A stretch of DNA of 64,000 bases from Candidatus Zixiibacteriota bacterium (GTDB lineage: Bacteria; Zixibacteria; MSB-5A5; RBG-16-43-9), in contig JALHSU010000134.1 in assembly GCA_022865345.1 (NCBI GenBank), positions 33,050 through 97,049 on the forward strand, given 5' to 3'. Below are positions 9,182 through 18,172 of this stretch, piece after piece; position 1 is the first letter of the stretch, and each line of letters starts with the position of its first letter. A program made the position numbers and the translations under genes. A model generated the notes under the pieces. The model did no database searches. It was not told where the DNA came from and saw nothing but the letters and a program-made list of their open reading frames with translations.

Positions 9182-11422
9182 TCAGCTCTTGACCTCTACC
9201 TTATCTTCAGCCACACTTTTTTCATATTTACATTTCAGGCACAGGAGATATTCCCCTTTTTTCTTGCTTTCTTTTAAAACCATAAAATTCGCCCCGCATT
9301 GCGGGCAGTTTTCCTTGACCGGTTTGTCCCAGGCTGCGAAATCACATTTGGGGTAGTTGGAACAGCCATAAAAGATTTTCCCTCTTTTGCTTTTTTTCTC
9401 CACGATGAATCCCCCGCATCCTTTGGGACAGGGAATCCCTAAAGAATAAGGTTTGGTATTTTTGCACTCAGGGTATCTGGAACAGGCAAGAAATTTTCCG
9501 AATCTGCCGTTTTTCAAAACCATCGGGGACCCGCAGAGCTCGCATTTTTCCTCAGTGATGTGGTTCTGCTCATTATTATTCAGCGGCTTGGTTTTCTTAC
9601 ATTTGGGATAAGCTGAACAGGCTAAAAACCTGCCGTGCCTGCCCCATTTTATCACCATCGGGCTGCCGCATTTCTCGCAGATCTCCTCGGTTTTTTCCTG
9701 GATTGTGCTTTTGATCTCTTTTCTTTTTTTCTCCGCCTCCTCTAAGATAGATTTAAAAGGAGTATAAAAATCTTTCAGCACCTTGACCCAGTTATCTTCC
9801 CCTTCCTCGATCCGGTCTAATTCCTCCTCCATCTCAGCAGTGAACCCCACGTCGAAAAGCTCAGGGAAATTCTCCACTAATATCCGGTTGACAGTCTTTC
9901 CTAACTCTGTGGGGAAAAGCTTCTTCTTTTCTTTTTCCACATATGTTCTCTCCTCGATGGTGCCCACGATCAGAGCATAGGTAGAGGGCCTTCCGATGCC
10001 ATTGGCTTCCAGTTCTTTTATAAGGGTGGCTTCGGAAAATCTTGCAGGAGGCTTGGTGAAATGCTGCTCCGGTTCAAGCTTCAACAGATTTAACTTCTCA
10101 CCTTCTTTCAAGAGCGGAAGCTTCGCCTCCTCCTCTTTTTCCCCGTTCTCCTCTTTGAGCTCTTGATAGACTTTTAAGAAACCGTCAAATCTCAATTCTG
10201 AAACAGTTGCCCTGAAAGTATAGCCATCTGCTTCGATTTCTACACTGGTGGTGTCATAGATTGCCTCTCTCATCTGCGAGCCTAAGAAGCGATTGTAGAT
10301 CAACTGGTAAAGCTTGAACTGGTCTTTGCTTAGATATCTTTTTATCTCATCCGGCGTATATTCCACATAGGTAGGGCGAATAGCCTCATGCGCCTCTTGA
10401 GCAGTCTTTTTGGATTTATATTCACGGGGCTTATCTGGGAGATAGTTCGAGCCAAAATTTTTCTCTATGAAATCCCAGGTCGCCTTTTTAGCTGAATCTG
10501 CAATGCGAACTGAGTCTGTGCGCATGTAGGTGATCAGACCGACTGCGCCCTTCTCCCCTAATTCCACCCCTTCGTAGAGCTGCTGGGCTATGACCATAGT
10601 TTTCTGGGGAGAGAAATAAAGCCTGCGTGCAGAATCCTGCTCTAAGGTAGAGGTGATAAAAGGAGGATAAGGGTTTCTGCTCCTCTTCTCAGTGCTGACA
10701 GAATCTACTTCGTAATTTTTCTGCCCAAGGTCCCGGAGAATTTCCTCTGCCCTAACTTGATTTTCAATCCTGAAATCTTCCCCTTTTATCTTGACCAAAT
10801 CCGCTGAGAACGACTCTTTCTTCTGGTTTTCAAACCAGCCGGTGATGCTCCAGTATTCCTGGGGAACGAATTTCTCTATCTCTTCTTCCCGCTCGCAGAT
10901 TATCCTCAGGGCAACTGACTGGACTCTCCCAGCACTCAAGCCCCGGTAAACTGTTTTCCATAAAAACGGGCTGACTTTATATCCCACCAGGCGGTCCAGG
11001 ATCCTTCTAGCCTGCTGGGCATTGACCTTGTCCATATCAATTGGACCAGCCTTTTCTATCCCCTTTAAAACCGCTTCTTTGGTTATCTCGTTAAAAGATG
11101 CTCTGAGGATATTAGGATTGGTTTTCTTGATCTCTTCTGCTACGTGCCAGGCAATTGCTTCACCTTCCCGGTCCGGATCAGGGGCAAGGTAAACCTTCTC
11201 AGCTTTCCCGGCTTCCTTTTTGAGCTTATCGATGATTTTTTTCCTGCCAGGGATAACTACGTACTCCGGCTTGAAATCCTCTTCGATCTTCACACCTAAG
11301 CTTTTCTGGGGCAGGTTCTTTATATGCCCTAAAGAAGCCTCCAATTGATAATCCTTGCCTAAAAACCTTTTTAAAGTCTTGGTCTTGGCAGGCGATTCTA
11401 CAATGACTAAGTTCTTTCCCAT
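9182..11422 (-). CDS. topA: DNA topoisomerase I with C-terminal zinc-ribbon repeats
   Basis: N-terminal TOPRIM; active-site region; multiple C4 zinc ribbons (CxxCGxxM...CxxYPxC) at the C-terminus. Confidence 0.9.
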   Translation of the reverse strand: MGKNLVIVESPAKTKTLKRFLGKDYQLEASLGHIKNLPQKSLGVKIEEDFKPEYVVIPGRKKIIDKLKKEAGKAEKVYLAPDPDREGEAIAWHVAEEIKKTNPNILRASFNEITKEAVLKGIEKAGPIDMDKVNAQQARRILDRLVGYKVSPFLWKTVYRGLSAGRVQSVALRIICEREEEIEKFVPQEYWSITGWFENQKKESFSADLVKIKGEDFRIENQVRAEEILRDLGQKNYEVDSVSTEKRSRNPYPPFITSTLEQDSARRLYFSPQKTMVIAQQLYEGVELGEKGAVGLITYMRTDSVRIADSAKKATWDFIEKNFGSNYLPDKPREYKSKKTAQEAHEAIRPTYVEYTPDEIKRYLSKDQFKLYQLIYNRFLGSQMREAIYDTTSVEIEADGYTFRATVSELRFDGFLKVYQELKEENGEKEEEAKLPLLKEGEKLNLLKLEPEQHFTKPPARFSEATLIKELEANGIGRPSTYALIVGTIEERTYVEKEKKKLFPTELGKTVNRILVENFPELFDVGFTAEMEEELDRIEEGEDNWVKVLKDFYTPFKSILEEAEKKRKEIKSTIQEKTEEICEKCGSPMVIKWGRHGRFLACSAYPKCKKTKPLNNNEQNHITEEKCELCGSPMVLKNGRFGKFLACSRYPECKNTKPYSLGIPCPKGCGGFIVEKKSKRGKIFYGCSNYPKCDFAAWDKPVKENCPQCGANFMVLKESKKKGEYLLCLKCKYEKSVAEDKVEVKS

Positions 11423-11434
11423 AAATGTCTACAT

Positions 11435-11674
11435 TTATCCTTTCTTTCGAGTTCTTACTTCCGGATACTCAAATTCGATTTTTCCTTTCATCAATGATTC
11501 CAGTGCTTCATCCGCAGCCCTGGGCTCTTTTATCTCCTCTTCTTCCCCTGCCCTGCTTTCTCTTTCAGCTAAGAAATCCTGATTTATCTTACGTGCCCGC
11601 CTGGCAGCCACAATCACTGCGGCGAATCTGTTTATCCTCGACTTGTACAGATCATCCAGAGAGAAATCTGACAT
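11435..11674 (-). CDS. rpoZ: DNA-directed RNA polymerase subunit omega
   Basis: 79 aa; N-terminal RpoZ-like segment; directly downstream of gmk as in the conserved gmk-rpoZ pair. Confidence 0.6.
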   Translation of the reverse strand: MSDFSLDDLYKSRINRFAAVIVAARRARKINQDFLAERESRAGEEEEIKEPRAADEALESLMKGKIEFEYPEVRTRKKG

Positions 11675-11785
11675 TCAACTACCTCCGGGTTGTCTTTTTT
11701 CGTAGGGCAAATCTCAAGATCCATTCTGGACCTTCAGGCTTGCTTATCCTTTGTAAGGGCTCAAAATTTTGAGCCCCACTTTACT

Positions 11786-11838
11786 TTTTTTTTCGTAGTG
11801 CGACCCTTTCAGGGTCGCTGCCGCGAGGCTTAAGCCTC
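11786..11838. repeat. REP-like unit ttttttcgtagtgcgaccctttcagggtcgct plus a gcgaggcttaagcctcg hairpin; a gggctcaaaattttgagccc hairpin sits just before it
   Basis: The 33-mer ttttttcgtagtgcgaccctttcagggtcgct recurs identically at 37841-37872; a related gtagtgcga...tcgcactac unit lies at 59267-59328. Confidence 0.8.
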
Positions 11839-11849
11839 GACTTAGTTTC

Positions 11850-12467
11850 CTATTTTGACCTTTTACTTAAGAACACCTCTATTGCCGTCCTCTTTGCCCT
11901 GTGCTTTTCGGCAGTTATGATCTCCTCCAGAAACTTTACGGTATCTTTGAGCTTTCTATTGACCACTATATAGTCATATCTTTTACAAAAAGTGATCTCT
12001 TTTAGAGCGGCTTTCAGTCTTTTCCTGATTATCTCCGGCTTGTCAGTTCCCCGATGGGATAATCTTTTTTCCAGTTCGGCCAGAGAGGGTGGTAAAATAA
12101 AAATCAATACGCTGTCCGGATACTTGCGTTTGAGAGCCAATCCTCCCTGGACATCCAGGACCAGGAACAAGACCTTAATCTTTCCTTCGGCTTTTTGGAT
12201 ATTTTTTTTAGGCGTGCCGTAATAATTCCCGAAGACTAAAGCCCATTCCGCAAACTGACGCTCCTTTATTTTCTTCTGGAATTCTTTCCGGCTGACAAAA
12301 CAGTAATCGATCCCTTCTTTTTCACCTTTTCTTTTTTCCCTGGTGGTAAACGAGAGCGAACGTTTGAATTTCGGATGTTTCTTAAGCAATGATCTTGCGA
12401 TGACGGTTTTGCCTCCACCAGAAGGTGAGGATAAAACCACCAACATCGGCTTTGTTTGTTTTCTCAT
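11850..12467 (-). CDS. gmk: guanylate kinase
   Basis: P-loop SSPSGGGKTV; guanylate kinase fold. Confidence 0.85.
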   Translation of the reverse strand: MRKQTKPMLVVLSSPSGGGKTVIARSLLKKHPKFKRSLSFTTREKRKGEKEGIDYCFVSRKEFQKKIKERQFAEWALVFGNYYGTPKKNIQKAEGKIKVLFLVLDVQGGLALKRKYPDSVLIFILPPSLAELEKRLSHRGTDKPEIIRKRLKAALKEITFCKRYDYIVVNRKLKDTVKFLEEIITAEKHRAKRTAIEVFLSKRSK

Positions 12468-12574
12468 CTTTTATTCTTTTCCTTGAGCTTCTTCTGAAAC
12501 CGACCACCCACCACTGACCACTGATTTCTATATGATTAAGGTAATCCCTGATCCTTTGTAGATAAAAGGATAAT

Positions 12575-13453
12575 TCATTCTATGTTCTGGACCTGCTCCC
12601 TTAGCTTTTCGATCTCCTCTTTTAAAAAGATGACTAACTGAGAGATGGAGACATTCAAGGCTTTTGCCCCTATGGTATTTGCCTCCCGGTTCATCTCCTG
12701 CAGGAGAAAAGTCAGTTTCTTGCCGACCGGAACTTCCTCTTCCAAGGCAGCAAGGAATTGCTGGTTATGGCTTCTTAACCTCACGCATTCCTCAGTCACA
12801 TCTGATCTTTCAGCCAGAAGTGCCACCTCCTGGATCAGGCGCTGCTCATCCAGACTTATGTCACCTAAAAGCTCAGACATCCTGCTCTGTAATTTCTGCC
12901 GGTAATTTTCCACGTTCTGGCTGGAAAGGGACTCTATCTTGCCTAAAACCTCGTCCAGTTTTTCTAGCCTTTTCCTGAGGTCCTCGCCCAGTTTCAATCC
13001 TTCTGACTTGCGCATCGAGTTAATATCCGACAGGGCTTTTTCCGTGACCTCGGCAATTACCTTCCAGGCTTTTTCCAAATCATATTCCTCTTTCTCCAGC
13101 TTGATCAGGTCCGGAAGATTGATGAAGTCTTTTACTTCTAATTCTCCTGACAGGTTATACTTTTTTTTCAGTTCCTGGAAAATGTTGAAATAGACCTCAG
13201 CCGCTTCCTGGTTTAATTTCACGTAAGAAGACGGTGGCAGATTCTCCTCCCAGGTCAGGCTATAGGTGATCTTCCCCCGGGTTATCTTTCCCAGGATTTT
13301 TTCCTTTAATCTCGCTTCTAAAAGGGAAAAGAATTTAGGGAGTCTGAACTGAATCTCGCAAAAGCGATTGTTTACTGTGCTTATCTCTACTACCACTTTA
13401 AAATCCTGGTTAACGGCTTCAGCCTTTCCGTACCCGGTCATGCTTAAAATCAT
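12575..13453 (-). CDS. yicC: YicC-family protein (stress-induced, TIGR00255-like)
   Basis: N-terminal MILSMTGYG; C-terminal coiled region typical of YicC; conserved yicC-gmk-rpoZ synteny. Confidence 0.8.
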   Translation of the reverse strand: MILSMTGYGKAEAVNQDFKVVVEISTVNNRFCEIQFRLPKFFSLLEARLKEKILGKITRGKITYSLTWEENLPPSSYVKLNQEAAEVYFNIFQELKKKYNLSGELEVKDFINLPDLIKLEKEEYDLEKAWKVIAEVTEKALSDINSMRKSEGLKLGEDLRKRLEKLDEVLGKIESLSSQNVENYRQKLQSRMSELLGDISLDEQRLIQEVALLAERSDVTEECVRLRSHNQQFLAALEEEVPVGKKLTFLLQEMNREANTIGAKALNVSISQLVIFLKEEIEKLREQVQNIE

Positions 13454-13593
13454 TCATCCTCCTTAAAGTTTTCTTCAATTATTAACTGTCTGACCTGATT
13501 TGTCAATCTCTATTTTACAATCATTTCTCTGATTACGTCGAGGTGGGGCAATTCGTGAACTGCCCCGGCAAAAAATTCATTAATCAAGAAATG

Positions 13594-13621
13594 TAGGGGT
13601 TCAAAATTTTGAACCCCTACG
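13594..13621. repeat. REP-like hairpin gtaggggttcaaaattttgaacccctac
   Basis: Identical unit recurs at 54970-54997; a ggggcaattcgtgaactgcccc hairpin sits at 13547-13568. Confidence 0.75.
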
Positions 13622-14192
13622 ACTCCTCTTCCACCTCAAATTGAACCACCCGGAAGGAGATCCTGACCTCTAAGTAGGCGAAAACCGTACCGCTGAACAC
13701 AAAAGCAGTTCCGACTAAAAAAAGAATCAGGGGGAAAAGCTCTCCTTTGAAAAGCAACCCCAGATCTCTTAGAGCTATGAAGAGCGAGGTCAGCATGAAG
13801 AAAATCATACCGGTATAGAGATTCAAAATCGAATTTTTGTTCAGCCGAGCCCTTCTCAAAAGCTGTCCCACTTGTTTTTCAATGCTTTTTAATCTTCTTA
13901 CCTGAAATTTATTCAGCTCTTCAGTCAATTTCAATTCCCTTTTCTCTTCATTCAGTTCCCGGATGGCACTGATGATGTTGGAGTATTTATTTTGCAAACC
14001 CAAAAGAAGCAACCCGCACGCGGATATCATCACCACCGGGGCTAACATATCGCTGATAAATTTGGTTATCTCTATACCTGGAGCCATTGGAACCTCTTTT
14101 TTTCTACTTAATCGGTAATCCGGATTTGTTCCTGCATTCTGCAGGATGGAAGAACCGACCCACGTTGGAGGCAACGTGGGTTTACCGATCAT
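13617..14192 (-). CDS. small membrane protein (DUF2721-like)
   Basis: Three predicted TM helices around a coiled-coil loop; true start probably the internal Met (MAPGIEIT); the 4-bp ATGA overlap with folC is at the folC stop and the upstream N-terminal extension, not at this gene's likely start. Confidence 0.4.
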   Translation of the reverse strand: MIGKPTLPPTWVGSSILQNAGTNPDYRLSRKKEVPMAPGIEITKFISDMLAPVVMISACGLLLLGLQNKYSNIISAIRELNEEKRELKLTEELNKFQVRRLKSIEKQVGQLLRRARLNKNSILNLYTGMIFFMLTSLFIALRDLGLLFKGELFPLILFLVGTAFVFSGTVFAYLEVRISFRVVQFEVEEES

Positions 14193-15466
14193 TTTTTATT
14201 TTTTCGACATGACAAGAATTCACCCACGGTGAAATGCGAACCGGTCACGCAGAGAACATCGTCCTTCTTCATTTTTTTTAAAGCACTCTGGTAAGCTTCC
14301 TTTACTCCAGAAACAGAGCTATATCTCAGCCCTAACTTTCGAGCCGAATCAGCCAGAGAATCAAGCTTGGCTGACCGTTGATAATCAAGTTGAGTCAAAA
14401 TTATTTCCTTAGCTATTCTGCTCATAATCTGGAGCATCTTTCTGTAATTTTTATCCTCCATCACCCCGAAGATGAAATATATATTTTTATCGTGTAATAA
14501 CTTTTTCAGAGCAGAAGTCAAATTCCTAATCCCATCCGGGTTATGAGCCACATCTAAAATCACCAGAGGATTTCTGCAGTATACTTCTAATCTTCCTGGC
14601 CAGTTTACCTTCTTTAGTCCTGAAAGAATCGCCTTTTTATCAACTTTAAACCCTTGATGAGTAAGATTCTCTATGGCTAAGATTGCGCAGGCAGCATTTC
14701 TGACCTGGTGCTCACCTGCTAAGTTGAGTCTTATTCCAGAATAGGTATCTGTTCTGGTCTTAAGATTAAATTTTATTCCTGCAATCGAACTTTCTTTGAT
14801 CTCCCATTTGCAATCCTTGAAAACCGAAAAGAGCTCTGATTTTTTCTGCCGGCATAATGACTCGATTACCTTAAAAGGCTTTTCTCTTTCAATTGAGGTC
14901 ACAGTGGGAACGTTATCTTTTATAATCCCTGCTTTTTCCCTGGCGATCTTTTCCAGAGTCCTTCCTAATCTGTCAGTATGTTCCAGACCGATGTTGGTGA
15001 TTACACTCACTTCAGGTTTCAGAATATTAGTCGAGTCCAGCCTTCCGCCCAAGCCGGTTTCAACAACCGCCAGCTCAATTTTCCTGTCGGCAAAATAGGA
15101 GAAGGCTAAGGCTGTAATAACCTCAAAAAAGGTATACTTTTTCTTTAGAATCTCCCCTTTGAAATCTGAGACGAAATCTTTTAAGTAATCTTTTTCTATG
15201 AGAGATTCCCCTACCCTGATTCTTTCTCTGAAATCTACAAGATGAGGAGAAGTATAAAGTCCGCAGGAATATCCTGTCTTTCTCAGAATCGAGTAAAGCA
15301 TCGCACAGCAGGAGCCTTTCCCATTAGTCCCGGCAACATGAATCGAGGTAAACTTGAGATGGGGATTCCCCAACCTTTTCATCAGGGAAAAAGTATTCTC
15401 CAGACCCAACTTTATCCCGAACTTTTCCAGACTAAAAAGGAAATCCACTGCTTGCTGATAGTTCAT
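14189..15466 (-). CDS. folC: bifunctional folylpolyglutamate synthase / dihydrofolate synthase
   Basis: Mur-ligase ATP site HVAGTNGKGS; FolC domain order. Confidence 0.8.
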   Translation of the reverse strand: MNYQQAVDFLFSLEKFGIKLGLENTFSLMKRLGNPHLKFTSIHVAGTNGKGSCCAMLYSILRKTGYSCGLYTSPHLVDFRERIRVGESLIEKDYLKDFVSDFKGEILKKKYTFFEVITALAFSYFADRKIELAVVETGLGGRLDSTNILKPEVSVITNIGLEHTDRLGRTLEKIAREKAGIIKDNVPTVTSIEREKPFKVIESLCRQKKSELFSVFKDCKWEIKESSIAGIKFNLKTRTDTYSGIRLNLAGEHQVRNAACAILAIENLTHQGFKVDKKAILSGLKKVNWPGRLEVYCRNPLVILDVAHNPDGIRNLTSALKKLLHDKNIYFIFGVMEDKNYRKMLQIMSRIAKEIILTQLDYQRSAKLDSLADSARKLGLRYSSVSGVKEAYQSALKKMKKDDVLCVTGSHFTVGEFLSCRKNKK

Positions 15467-15499
15467 CTTGTATTAAAAGGATAAAAGGTTTATATGGAT

Positions 15500-16354
15500 T
15501 CAGCTTGTCTTATTCGGGGGCAAGAGATATTCCAACAGAAGAGAAACCGTCTTCTTCAAATCCTTTCTTTCCACGATCTTATCCAGAAAACCGTGTTCTA
15601 AGAAAAACTCGGAGCTCTGGAAACCAGGCGGAAGCTCCTGTCCAATAGTCTGCTGGATCACCCTGGGTCCGGCAAATCCTAAAAGTGCTTTTGGCTCGGC
15701 AATTATAACGTCACCCAGGGAGGCATAGCTTGCCATAACCCCGGCCGTAGTGGGGTTGGTGAGAACAGAGATAAACGGAATGTTAGCATCATAGAGTTTA
15801 GCCAGAATTCCACTGGTTTTCGCCATCTGCATTAAAGATAGAATCCCCTCCTGCATCCTGGCTCCACCAGAGCAGGATACAATCACCAGAGGTATTTTTC
15901 TCTCCAGAGATCTTTCAATGGCTCTTGCCACCTTTTCACCCACTACCGAGCCCATGCTCCCGCCGATGAATCCAAAATCCATCACCCCGAAGCTGACCTC
16001 TTTGTTTTCGATTTTACCAATCCCTACGATCACCGCATCGTTCAGCCCGGTTTTCTTACGCGAATCTCTTATCCGGTCCGGATACCTTTTGGAATCTTTA
16101 AACTTAAGCGGGTCAGTGGAGATCAGATTATTATCATACTCTTCTAATTTCCCTTGATCCAGCAGAAGCTCGATATAATCTTTGGATTTTATCCTGAAGT
16201 GAAAATTGCACCGGTGACACACCCACAGGTTTTTCTCCAACTCTTTCACATAGATGATCTCGCCACAGCTCTCGCATTTAGTCCATAACCCATCCGGGAT
16301 CTCCTTTTTCTGCTGCGAGACCAGGCCAGTTTTAGGTTTTTTGAACCATTCCAT
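15500..16354 (-). CDS. accD: acetyl-CoA carboxylase carboxyltransferase beta subunit
   Basis: N-terminal C4 zinc finger CESCGE...CHRCNFH followed by a carboxyltransferase domain. Confidence 0.9.
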   Translation of the reverse strand: MEWFKKPKTGLVSQQKKEIPDGLWTKCESCGEIIYVKELEKNLWVCHRCNFHFRIKSKDYIELLLDQGKLEEYDNNLISTDPLKFKDSKRYPDRIRDSRKKTGLNDAVIVGIGKIENKEVSFGVMDFGFIGGSMGSVVGEKVARAIERSLERKIPLVIVSCSGGARMQEGILSLMQMAKTSGILAKLYDANIPFISVLTNPTTAGVMASYASLGDVIIAEPKALLGFAGPRVIQQTIGQELPPGFQSSEFFLEHGFLDKIVERKDLKKTVSLLLEYLLPPNKTS

Positions 16355-16365
16355 AGATTTATCTC

Positions 16366-16821
16366 TTAGAGCTTTTTCTCCATTATGATGGCATCTTCTA
16401 CCGGAAAGCGGTAATAATTTTTCCTTCTGCCGATCTGCTCAAAACCGAATTTCCTGTAAAGCGTCAAAGCGACTGAATTGGATATTCTCACATCCAGGGT
16501 CACGCTTTTGCATTTCTGCTTTAATCCCTGCTCGATTATCCATTCCATCAGTCTTTGAGCTATTCCCTGGCGCCGGTGCTCGTTATCTACTGCAATGTTG
16601 GCTAGCTGTAGCTCATCCTCGATCTTCCATAAGCAGGTATATCCGACTAATTTCCCGTCTTTCCTTGCCACTGCTGGATAAGTAAAATCTTTATTAAGGT
16701 CCTCCAGAAAAGATTCCCTGGTCCAGGGGTCAGAGAAGCTTTCCTTTTCTATCCTGAGGACTTCCTCTAAATCTCCTTCTTTCATCCTTTCAAAGGTCAA
16801 ATCCTTGAGCTGTTCAGACAT
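16366..16821 (-). CDS. rimI: ribosomal-protein-alanine N-acetyltransferase (GNAT)
   Basis: GNAT motif A (RRQGIAQRLM); positioned after tsaB as in the conserved tsaE-tsaB-rimI cluster. Confidence 0.7.
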   Translation of the reverse strand: MSEQLKDLTFERMKEGDLEEVLRIEKESFSDPWTRESFLEDLNKDFTYPAVARKDGKLVGYTCLWKIEDELQLANIAVDNEHRRQGIAQRLMEWIIEQGLKQKCKSVTLDVRISNSVALTLYRKFGFEQIGRRKNYYRFPVEDAIIMEKKL

Positions 16822-17500
16822 TTTTAAACTTCAGCTCCTGCTCAGAGCTTCTCAGATAAAAAGGCTCTAATTTATCTAAGTACTCAAATTGAGAGCGCTT
16901 GAATTTTTCCAAGCCCAAAAAAGCTATAGCTGTTCCGCTGGGCAGGTTCCTCTCTCCTTCCAAGAAATGAGCTTTTTCTCCCAAAAGCTTCTTCAGATTC
17001 TCCTTGAAAACCTCTAAACCCAGACCTAAGAATATAACCTCCTGTGGAATTTTGGCAACTAGTTTTTCTAAAGTAGTGACCCAGTAGTCTGAGACTCTCT
17101 TTATTCCGCCATCTCTGGAATCATAGACTGCTGAGTAGACCTCATTTTTCTTAGCATCCAAGATCGGAACTAAAGGATCTGAGGAAGATCTCTGAAAATA
17201 TACTAAACCATCTAAAGTAGGCACAGAAATTAGAGGTTTTCCTGAAGCGAAACAAAGTCCTTTGGCAGTAGCCAGTCCAATTCTTAAGCCGGTAAAAGAA
17301 CCAGGACCTATGGAAATTGCAATCCCATCCAGTTCCTCTAACTTTAAGGAAGCTTCATTTAAAACCCTGTCAATGCTGGGCAGAAGAATCTGGGCATGCG
17401 TCTGCCCGGCATTAAATCTAAGCTCAGCTAAAACCCTCTCATCTTCCACAATCCCTAAAGCTAAAAAAGGAGTTGCAGTATCTATGCCTAAGATTTTCAT
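16814..17500 (-). CDS. tsaB: tRNA threonylcarbamoyladenosine biosynthesis protein TsaB
   Basis: MKILGIDTAT... YeaZ/TsaB fold, inactive-Kae1-like. Confidence 0.85.
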   Translation of the reverse strand: MKILGIDTATPFLALGIVEDERVLAELRFNAGQTHAQILLPSIDRVLNEASLKLEELDGIAISIGPGSFTGLRIGLATAKGLCFASGKPLISVPTLDGLVYFQRSSSDPLVPILDAKKNEVYSAVYDSRDGGIKRVSDYWVTTLEKLVAKIPQEVIFLGLGLEVFKENLKKLLGEKAHFLEGERNLPSGTAIAFLGLEKFKRSQFEYLDKLEPFYLRSSEQELKFKNV

Positions 17501-17537
17501 AAGAAGTCAGCTTTGGAAATCCGCAGGTGCTGATTTT

Positions 17538-17720
17538 GTAGGGGCACGACATGTCGTGCCCCTACACCTGCATCAAAACATATAGAACGAGGCTTTAGCC
17601 TCGTGATTCTCCTACAGCATGGAGGTCTGATGACCTCCGCTACATTTTTTGTAGGGGCGGGTTTTAAACCCGCCCCTACGTACTACGTACCTCGAACAGA
17701 CAGAAATGTCTGTTCTACCA
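17538..17720. repeat. cluster of five REP-like hairpins bounded by GTAG/CTAC in the tsaE-tsaB gap
   Basis: gtaggggcacgacatgtcgtgcccctac; acgaggctttagcctcgt; ggaggtctgatgacctccgctac; gtaggggcgggttttaaacccgcccctac; gaacagacagaaatgtctgttctacc. Confidence 0.7.
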
Positions 17721-17721
17721 G

Positions 17722-18144
17722 TCAAAATTCCTCTATCCTTATCTCCCTTTCACTTTCTGATAAAGTCTTCAGATGAATTTCTATCCTTTTCTCCGGCAGG
17801 AGCGCAGATGCTTTTTCCGCCCATTCGACAATGCAGACTCCATCCCCGTAAAAATATTCCTCATACCCCAAGTTAATTATTTCAGATAATTTTTCCAAGC
17901 GAAAAAGGTCTATATGATAAACCTTGTATTTCCCCTGATATTCGTTGATCAGAACGAAACTCGGGCTTACCACAAAATCTTTTACGCCTAAGCCGGAACA
18001 GATTCCCTGGGTAAGGCAGGTCTTACCGCTGCCCAGAGTACCGAATAAGGCAACAACCAGCCCTGGATAAAAACCCTGAGCTATCTTTTCTCCGAGCTTT
18101 TTGGTTTCCTCTGGAGATGAGGTTATGATTTTATCCTTAAACAA
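17722..18144 (-). CDS. tsaE: tRNA threonylcarbamoyladenosine biosynthesis ATPase TsaE
   Basis: P-loop GTLGSGKT; YjeE family size and layout. Confidence 0.8.
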   Translation of the reverse strand: MFKDKIITSSPEETKKLGEKIAQGFYPGLVVALFGTLGSGKTCLTQGICSGLGVKDFVVSPSFVLINEYQGKYKVYHIDLFRLEKLSEIINLGYEEYFYGDGVCIVEWAEKASALLPEKRIEIHLKTLSESEREIRIEEF

Positions 18145-18172
18145 ATTTAATCTATCCGTATCCGGACTTCTA

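Noticed and set aside
17538-17720. Possible CRISPR array suggested by clustered short palindromes (also at 61877-62015 and 62815-62912)
   Set aside because: The hairpin units differ from one another in stem sequence, are not separated by unique spacers of constant length, and no cas genes are present. They fit REP-like elements, not CRISPR repeats.
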